Part shown: piece by piece, positions 7,101-10,959 of the stretch
How the letters are laid out: the number at the start of each line of letters is the position of its first letter
Position numbering within the stretch: the first letter of the stretch is position 1
Notes under the pieces: generated by a model
Told to the model about the DNA's origin: nothing
Seen by the model: the letters and a program-made list of their open reading frames with translations, nothing else
The model's database searches: none
Made by a program: the position numbers and the translations under genes
DNA from: Candidatus Micrarchaeota archaeon
Lineage (GTDB): Archaea > Micrarchaeota > Micrarchaeia > Norongarragalinales > UBA8480
Assembly: GCA_043805855.1 (NCBI GenBank)
Contig: JAZDHP010000050.1
Coordinates: 1 to 10,959 of the forward strand
Reading direction: 5' to 3'
Length of the DNA stretch: 10,959 nt

Positions 7101-9577
7101 CATAACTCTAGACAAGCGTTTTCACTGCACTTTCCTTCAAAGTGAATTAGGATAGCATCTGCTTCGCTTAACTGCGCGAGGTAAGGAGATTTGGAAACTC
7201 CAGCTGCTGCATCTTCGGGGTTACGGTAAACTTCGCTTGAACCACTTGAAACTGGAACAACGTACGCTGTGCGGTGAAACAGTTCAACATTTGCTTCTTG
7301 AACTGCGCTTGTTTCAATTTGTACTTTTAACTCTTTTGTACCTTCAAATTTATCAAAACTAAACTCCGCCCACTTGAACTTACTACTTGCAAGTGAAGCA
7401 CTTGTGCCAACTGTTGACGGCAACGGCGTTAAATCACCGTTTGCGCTTACGCTCGTGTTAGTTATAGTATTTACATTGTATTCCGCGTCTTGTTCAACTG
7501 GCTCAAAGTAATCTGCAATTGAATAGTCAATTCCACCAATTGCATTGCCGCCATCTGAACTAAAAGAAGTTATAGCAGCTGCACCGCTCTCAATGTCAAC
7601 ATCTTTTTCTCCAACTTGTATAAACGCTTTGCAACTTGTAAATTCAAGCGAAGGCGGGGATTTTAGTAAATATTTTGCAGTGTAGCGCGTTGCTGGGCTT
7701 AGTACAGAAACTCGTTTGTTTTTATCGTTGAAAACCCCAAGGAAAACTAATTCAGTTGAATCTGCAACGTCGCTTGAAATAAGTTCAAACACTTGCGCAT
7801 TGTTGTCACCGGGAACAACGGCTATCTTTGTTGTTAATTGTTCAAAACCAGACGCGGTTACTTTTACATTTACGTCGCCACTTTCAATAACTGCAATGCA
7901 CTGGTTGTTTTTCACTGTGCAGCTTGTTGCGTTGCCTGCGCTTGTAAGTTGAACAACTGCATTTTCAATAGCGTCGCGCGTAAAATGGTCAAGAACAGTT
8001 ACGTTTACAATTCCACTTGCTGGGCTTAATATTAATTCAACTTCTTGTTCGGTTTCATCAGTTTCGCTTGATGGAGTTACATTTACATTAACCTCTCCCT
8101 GGTACTCGCTGTTGCTTGCCTTGAAATTCGCCTCTCCAAGTGGAAGTGATTCAAACCGCGCTTTGCCGTCTAGCATAGTTGTTTTTGAAATTCCAGTTTG
8201 CTTTCCATTAAGAAATAACGCTACTGACACTCCGCCGACTTCGTTGCTGTTGCGATCAATTGTAATTATTGTAATTGCGCCTGAATTTGCACTGCTAGCT
8301 TGGTGCAAGATGAAATTTTGTTCAGTTGCGCTTGTCACTTCTTTTTGTAAAGGTAAATAACCGTCTTTTGAAACTGCAACTAAACACGTTTTACCAAGTT
8401 CAACGTCGAAACCAGCAATTCCACTTTCCGGCGTTTTAACTTCAGTAACATTACCACAGTACAGTGCAACGTTTGGCCTAGTTACTTCGTTTCCATCGTC
8501 GTCAATAATTTTGACAACTATGTTCTTTGAATTTTCAGCAGTGCGCATTGTAAGCCGCGCAACTATTTCTACTTGCGGTTCGTTTACAGTTACACTTGGC
8601 CTAACCCACGTTAAGAAATTAGTCGCAATTACGTTGATTGAAACGTTTGCCCCAACTTCAATTTCAACAGGCAACGCTGAACCGTCTTCGCCAGTTGTTG
8701 AAGAAGTAATTTGGCTGCCTGTAAAGTCGTTGATAAATTTGACAGTCGCGTTTGCAACCGGAGTTAGTCCATCTTCTTGATAAACTCTAACATACACTGG
8801 CGCAGTTCTCGTCTCGCCGTCGCGAAACATTCTAATTGGAACGTTTAAATTGCCAACTCCAATTTCGATAACTTTCACTTCTTGACGGTAACCTAACGCG
8901 CTGGCGATGATTGTATAGTTTGAATTAAACGCAACGTTGAACAACGCGCCGCTAGTTGCGTTTTGAACTTCAATAATTGAACTATTGCCCGCTAACAGCG
9001 TTATATCTGCGCTTGTGGGGCCAGTGATTGAAACTGAAATTGCCGCTAGGGGGTTGTCGTTGCGAGTTAAACTAATTGCAAAAGTTTTCTTGTTTTCGCT
9101 TTCTTTTAAACTAACTTCGCGCGTGGTTGTCTCGTGGTCAGGCGCGTTTACCGTCACCTTTGCACTAGTTGCCGGAATCTTGTCAAACTTCGCCCTTCCG
9201 TCAGCGCCAGTAACTAAATTTTGAGACTGTGTACCGTCTTTGTCAGTGAATTGCAGTTGTACCGCCGCACCTTCGATTGGCACATTGTCAATTCCCTTTA
9301 CTGTAAATTCAAAAGTTCTAGAAACTGGTGTTGAAAAAGATAGAAACGCAACGTAAATTCCAGCGACTATTAATAATAGTAAAACAATTAGCGCGGGTAA
9401 TGGAGGGATTCCTTTTTGTTCAAAGAAGTCACTTACCTTTCTTAATGGTATTCCTTTGTCGTCGCTCCAGTCTAGGAACTCTTGCCATTTGATTGATAGG
9501 CTTTCTAGGAACTCGTCGATTTTTTCACGTAGAGTAAGTGAAGACTCTTCTTTAACCCCAGAATCAAAATCCGCCAA
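1148..9577 (-). CDS. Giant (2809 aa) N-terminally anchored cell-surface protein with carboxypeptidase-regulatory-like repeats and a distal hydrophobic/helical module
   Basis: Uninterrupted 8430-nt ORF. TTG start directly preceded by an in-frame TAG, with AGGGGT just upstream. TM helix at aa ~60-79, six beta-sandwich repeats at aa ~87-599, further beta-rich domains, many paired Cys, and a Gly/Ala hydrophobic block at aa 2232-2379. Confidence 0.93.
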   Translation of the reverse strand: MADFDSGVKEESSLTLREKIDEFLESLSIKWQEFLDWSDDKGIPLRKVSDFFEQKGIPPLPALIVLLLLIVAGIYVAFLSFSTPVSRTFEFTVKGIDNVPIEGAAVQLQFTDKDGTQSQNLVTGADGRAKFDKIPATSAKVTVNAPDHETTTREVSLKESENKKTFAISLTRNDNPLAAISVSITGPTSADITLLAGNSSIIEVQNATSGALFNVAFNSNYTIIASALGYRQEVKVIEIGVGNLNVPIRMFRDGETRTAPVYVRVYQEDGLTPVANATVKFINDFTGSQITSSTTGEDGSALPVEIEVGANVSINVIATNFLTWVRPSVTVNEPQVEIVARLTMRTAENSKNIVVKIIDDDGNEVTRPNVALYCGNVTEVKTPESGIAGFDVELGKTCLVAVSKDGYLPLQKEVTSATEQNFILHQASSANSGAITIITIDRNSNEVGGVSVALFLNGKQTGISKTTMLDGKARFESLPLGEANFKASNSEYQGEVNVNVTPSSETDETEQEVELILSPASGIVNVTVLDHFTRDAIENAVVQLTSAGNATSCTVKNNQCIAVIESGDVNVKVTASGFEQLTTKIAVVPGDNNAQVFELISSDVADSTELVFLGVFNDKNKRVSVLSPATRYTAKYLLKSPPSLEFTSCKAFIQVGEKDVDIESGAAAITSFSSDGGNAIGGIDYSIADYFEPVEQDAEYNVNTITNTSVSANGDLTPLPSTVGTSASLASSKFKWAEFSFDKFEGTKELKVQIETSAVQEANVELFHRTAYVVPVSSGSSEVYRNPEDAAAGVSKSPYLAQLSEADAILIHFEGKCSENACLELWFEGSTGKKSGFQQFEAVVPEMFKLNYRVLVPPQPLRGTNAEISLSLQTDSDAVQLGSGNGNSATAKVAPGGEGFFSLKAVKFSNDVSITFTTSGGASFEEDLHVVISNAGNQLKVKVEPQELIAFQDNKVKIEVTDSFGAKVVGARVIFAKGEVLEAQAEAQEEKPGEYTAEIAPSSFGDISYSVQAEGFRAKSGKIVSNAKQIISIDRTNVMSIAIDSFEETEGASFAITNLVPNKEVKVALTAFSNNAPKYSNVRLSGSTVKLKGGETKTISLLGKINDNVLSFASKPNVLREQYDGTINVNARVAGHSQRETVTFKATASLQQETFEQLVDFSADSLDFALDLPRKSRDSQKIKITNNAPRPVLVNQQNDLLGLYVKPASAVIPAGGSVEFTASASPSQLFMAQQCVFEDLSENGVIEFIAGFQGMTTVKNVAVTVATTSKMRCFVPGAMAVVLPFDSTFMFPPGTISAKTTAEDGSQAVRLPYSELVVFNPGAMVTDQRATVPAGSAIELAPQHISNGNNMFQVNFPFPAFISILPNAQQTTLPDGSIKFTLPTADVILPPGIQRAFTNSMSSPYDSFGGMNAFNSNPYGSSYNQYGANTYNNQYSVNSPFSSLTPRYGSFDPYSGYGSQQGYNQFASNFGTQYSYAIPQFTSIQIIQRLTPVGLAAGGEKFEIVYEDEVYIDLPLEAQAQQSGANVNIALQNCVQLTVKSKGSRQQITDILPSASGQFTITNARLAGKKVELSQGGKISLSPCNEVEQDEQLFQTQLRASTTFVLPPGTPDPRKSAMQSNFPNCVELVYKSDYKLGVTNVKKIQFPQTAKIKQPPLENGAQEVEVTGRERVGFLSCKSIFPSVSSFAGYGIEARTEDGSQLSFTFTEADIGKSPRTADQKICLINKRKEVVYPAGDSFIYRVSDSSVPRELFKLTPVTTHTQDKLSTSENNECNNKFSLSLSIPPETHDDKCIITPIEKIVEVKFKATDNSGWVGSVSLPVKISVLPGNKCSRDQEAQTSMAMRSFFVDYAYSNDNLNERTGRPFVFAFKGTGEDHERVLTLVNNHENAVSLTVAGSSAVNCQIPSSMAQGEAQAVFCTPQTTTNGEESFTITATDGTVVYTKTVRVNVYNGNSEIYKNSPWGEIAPQEIDTSTATTAQTKFADADEFGKTTIVTAAPAIAPVTQCAKHYCTYEQAQASFNAFIAELSTIAKEKADSDSRMLFCAPGGPGANYVKTTIIHLANTEQDFGEYVKRQPLTAQNVVYDVANVPILKGCGIYAIQARLDLGCSEGALGTVDTSKDKIQITGATPLASCPDNVANAPLLLAGKQDDFNIYLGRELGAGFNKGEGLSSFIGWFSLGPYQKGASKTDIATTNALLKTIYGRNTPKISYTLPEHYNLAHFCGKRAVEQITTILGPGTAIGIGAVLTGIGAPVAAKIFQGLGQAAVVCGLSIVGEGGSYLTTGGSYDSCPVLNGCVRAAVFGAVGGLIAPVGVAGTGGVGARVAAAGSSFRSAIPSIGGWVGYSTLAVAATYGVETWLGDGSPAIPPGAAGAAVYGAKQTIVPGSTGTAAAASKSLTVDSVLSEINSYEQLSQAGKFTNRGEQLVGALLKAEKRNAGEGVFKFAVSEIANQREVLPKELSFWTDIRNQYQLQRIVNELSGNTNALKASVTVTTLDRSFGKMTFGTELRNGVGIQEQTLREVYLKALAANGKDDKIVSVVKDAVAKRVASKQIYFTELMVGKDGKMTLGFVKDVNKALTELEEATKAALKPAAVSAAGTAVGTVATQTAAEKASTWSKIKGTAKKVARPAGGLLAQVATQLGLDVDVQPVEIKVPESAKNVLVVYHIENPITATTLPSIHKICWQNADGTCKSESFYLANLCDSSTDACLLNYKQVLQSNSFFLFAVINSPKLPAQLFFDSIMVPEERPLDSSILNGAYKVGDITREEVSQYISEDFEMDKGSESALKGIGKATKSGTVGGTAGGSSG
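1161..1166 (-). promoter_or_regulatory. Shine-Dalgarno-like site for the GTG at 1155
   Basis: Minus strand reads AGGTGG-TTCAA-GTG, matching part of the archaeal GGAGGTGA consensus. Confidence 0.55.
7781..9319 (-). repeat. Six tandem ~80-aa carboxypeptidase-regulatory-like / prealbumin-like beta-sandwich domains (protein-level repeats)
   Basis: Recurring pattern V.V.D..G.P(I/V)..A.V.L ... T..DG.A.F ... V...G(Y/F), e.g. NVPIEGAAVQL..TGADGRAKF, TPVANATVKF..TGEDGSA, NEVGGVSVAL..TMLDGKARF, DAIENAVVQL..TASGF. A seventh similar unit lies at ~6510-6720. Confidence 0.75.
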
Positions 9578-9583
9578 CTAAAA

Positions 9584-9589
9584 ACCCCT
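9584..9589 (-). promoter_or_regulatory. Shine-Dalgarno-like site for the giant gene TTG start
   Basis: Minus strand TAGGGGTTTTTAG-TTG; the only G-rich patch in a T-rich leader. Confidence 0.5.
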
Positions 9590-9673
9590 ACAAATAAAGG
9601 AAAAACTAGCTTAAAAAAGCGAGCTTCTACAGGAGGAAAAACACCAATAAGCATAAAAACAAAAAACGTTAGG

Positions 9674-9700
9674 TGAAATTATATTTTCACCATATTTAAA
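9674..9700 (-). promoter_or_regulatory. TATA-N3-operator module 1 (degenerate operator TGAAATTATATTTTCA)
   Basis: Palindrome 9674-9689 (extends to GGTGAAA-N6-TTTCACC, 9672-9691), then 3 nt, then TATTTAAA 9693-9700 (TTTAAATA on minus). Confidence 0.6.
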
Positions 9701-9708
9701 CACCAAAG

Positions 9709-9757
9709 CTTAACTCCAGTTAAGGAAAAGTGAGCGAAAAGTTAAACTGGAGTTAAG
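9709..9757. repeat. 13-bp perfect inverted repeat with 23-nt spacer; each arm is itself a near-palindrome
   Basis: CTTAACTCCAGTT (9709-9721) / AACTGGAGTTAAG (9745-9757). TTAACT-CC-AGTTAA at 9710-9723 and TAAACT-GG-AGTTAA at 9743-9756. Confidence 0.8.
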
Positions 9758-9799
9758 GATTAGTAAGCCCTAATTACAAACATATCATGCTTCTGTTAA

Positions 9800-9949
9800 C
9801 TTACACCTCGCGACTCGCACCTAACAAGCGCCTAAAGGCGCTGGCTTATCTGACGCTCGTCTCTTGCAAGCGAGGTGTAAGGCCTTAACGAAGCGCGCTT
9901 CGTTAAGTAAAGCAATTTTGAACTTCACAAAAGCGCAATAAACGCGCCC
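9800..9949 (-). ncRNA. Candidate structured ncRNA, leader or REP-like element
   Basis: 12-bp perfect stem 9800-9811/9870-9881 enclosing hairpin AGCGCC-TAAA-GGCGCT (9827-9842); 24-bp perfect palindrome 9884-9907; hairpin 9931-9949. Additional pairs are G-U only on the minus strand. No family recognised. Confidence 0.4.
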
Positions 9950-9969
9950 TACAATATAAAAACAAGTAG

Positions 9970-9996
9970 TGAAAGTATACTTTCAGCCTATTTAAA
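9970..9996 (-). promoter_or_regulatory. TATA-N3-operator module 2 (perfect 16-bp palindrome TGAAAGTATACTTTCA)
   Basis: Palindrome 9970-9985, then 3 nt, then TATTTAAA 9989-9996; same spacing as module 1. Confidence 0.65.
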
Positions 9997-10011
9997 TACA
10001 AAACAATAAAG

Positions 10012-10048
10012 CAAAGTTATTTATATACTATGAAAGTATACTTTCATA
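10012..10048 (+). promoter_or_regulatory. BRE/TATA promoter of the ATPase gene with overlapping operator (module 3)
   Basis: CAAAGTTA (10012-10019), TTTATATA (10020-10027), 3 nt, TGAAAGTATACTTTCA (10031-10046; extends to a 20-bp perfect palindrome 10029-10048), ATG at 10048. Spacing fits a leaderless transcript. Confidence 0.75.
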
Positions 10049-10959
10049 TGCATAAAACACGTGAAGAAGAGCGGGAGCTTTTTGGCCAGCTTGAAAAAAA
10101 AGAAGCACTAGCTTTGATTGGGCCTAGGCGCGCAGGTAAAACTACAATTGCATTGCGATTACTGCGCGACTGGAAGGAAAATGGCGGGCAAGGTAATTAT
10201 ATTGACTTAGAGGCGCTTGGAGCGCCGTCTACCGCACTTGAACTAATTAAAGAGATTGAAAAAACACCTGCTGGAGGGCTAGTTGTACTGGATGAAGTTC
10301 AAGCAGTTGACAAGTGGGTAAAGGCAGTTCGTGGAGAAATTGAAACTGGAAAACGTCATTTAATTATTAGCGGTTCAAGCGCAGCGCTCTTATCTGCAGA
10401 AATAGCGTCTTCATTAGCAGGCCGGGCGGTTCCAGAAACTATTTTGCCGCTTTCTTTTCGCGACGCGGTTAACTGGGGAATAACTAGTTTAGATGAATAT
10501 CTTCGCATTGGCGGATATCCCGAATGTGTTTTGCGCCCATTGGACGCGCCTAAGTTACACAAATTATATTTTGAACTAACAATTCTACGCGACGTTGCAG
10601 CTAGAAAAGGAATTAGGGAAGTTAAACCACTATCTGACCTAGCGTTGATATTGTTATCCGAGTCAGGTAAGACAATTGCAGCGAAGAAAACCGCAGAAAA
10701 ACTTGGAATAAGCCAACCTACATTTCGCTCTTTCATAAGTGCCTTGAATGAAGCATTTCTCATATTGTCAATTGCACCGTTCGTAAGGTCTCCTAGAGAA
10801 AAGCTAATTGCAGATAGCCGGCATTACGCTTATGATACTGGCCTTCAGTCTACTGTGAGCGTTTCGCTTAGTGAAGATTTTGGCCGTAGGTTTGAAAATG
10901 TAGTTGCTATTGAACTGGTCCGGCGCGGCTATTCTTTATCTTATTTGCAGGAAGATGAA
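10048..10959 (+). CDS. COG1373-type AAA+ ATPase (AAA_14 + HTH + DUF4143), 3'-truncated by the window edge
   Basis: Manual translation, 304 codons open to the edge. Walker A GPRRAGKT (10120-10143), Walker B VVLDEVQ, ISGSS, SLAGR, LPLSF, GGYPE, ILRDV, HTH-like AAKKTAEKLGISQPTFRSFISAL, YAYDTGL and G..FENVVAIEL. An alternative in-frame ATG exists at 10030. Confidence 0.92.
   Translation, partial: MHKTREEERELFGQLEKKEALALIGPRRAGKTTIALRLLRDWKENGGQGNYIDLEALGAPSTALELIKEIEKTPAGGLVVLDEVQAVDKWVKAVRGEIETGKRHLIISGSSAALLSAEIASSLAGRAVPETILPLSFRDAVNWGITSLDEYLRIGGYPECVLRPLDAPKLHKLYFELTILRDVAARKGIREVKPLSDLALILLSESGKTIAAKKTAEKLGISQPTFRSFISALNEAFLILSIAPFVRSPREKLIADSRHYAYDTGLQSTVSVSLSEDFGRRFENVVAIELVRRGYSLSYLQEDE

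Noticed and set aside
109..9224. All plus-strand ORFs of 60-171 aa in the ORF track
   Set aside because: They are antisense shadows of well-supported minus-strand genes, with no recognisable motifs.
9631..9636. Plus-strand AGGAGG Shine-Dalgarno-like sequence
   Set aside because: No start codon at a suitable distance downstream.
9505..9654. 49-codon minus-strand uORF (MLIGVFPPVEARFFKLVFPLF...) overlapping the giant gene start
   Set aside because: Its composition is explained by the T-rich leader, it has no RBS, and it cannot frameshift into the giant ORF upstream of the TTG because an in-frame TAG precedes it.
9800..9881. tRNA, SRP RNA or RNase P RNA
   Set aside because: No T-loop GTTCRA, no cloverleaf with a 7-bp acceptor stem, and no SRP or RNase P conserved motifs recognised on either strand.
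9819..9908. Integron attC-like site: ACCTAAC (RYYYAAC) at 9819-9825, GTTAAGT (GTTRRRY) at 9902-9908, plus GTTAGGTG at 9668-9675 complementary to CACCTAAC
   Set aside because: The only plausible L-box partner (GCCTTA, 9882-9887) is 14 nt from the GTT, too far for attC geometry. Stronger competing stems dominate, and there is no integrase or second site in the window. An attC covariance-model search (IntegronFinder) would settle it.
10030..10047. Upstream in-frame ATG giving an MKVYFH extension of the ATPase
   Set aside because: It lies 2 nt after the TATA box and inside the operator, upstream of the expected transcription start; ATG 10048 fits better.
9670..10050. CRISPR array or transposon ends suggested by the repeated palindromes
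   Set aside because: The repeats are only 16 bp with irregular spacing (296 and 61 bp); no cas or transposase gene and no target-site duplication seen.
10356..10763. 135-aa minus-strand ORF
   Set aside because: It is antisense to the motif-rich COG1373 ATPase.

Overview
Archaeal window, probably DPANN-type (Micrarchaeota/Iainarchaeota-like). This is inferred from a DUF424 gene, TATA/BRE-type promoters, N-glycosylation sequons and the giant-protein architecture. The minus strand carries a tightly coupled gene run: a 2809-aa N-terminally anchored surface protein, a single-TM PsbP/DcrB-like protein and a DUF424 protein, followed by the 5' end of another membrane-anchored gene. The giant protein has carboxypeptidase-regulatory-like repeats, Ig-like domains, a degenerate repeat region with a Y/N/S/G/Q prion-like insert and Cys-rich domains. 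Its distal end has a Gly/Ala-rich hydrophobic block, a ~200-aa Cys-free helical domain and a cationic amphipathic helix. A COG1373-type AAA+ ATPase (AAA_14 + HTH + DUF4143), absent from the ORF track, starts divergently at 10048 and runs off the window. The 470-bp intergenic region holds three copies of a TATA-N3-palindromic operator module, a second operator-like pair and a GC-rich multi-hairpin element that folds better on the minus strand. Best candidate for a new system: a regulated, cell-tethered host-contact or membrane-insertion protein whose distal 2100 aa contain no N-glycosylation sequon, with a coupled putative chaperone. All functional assignments for it are inference.
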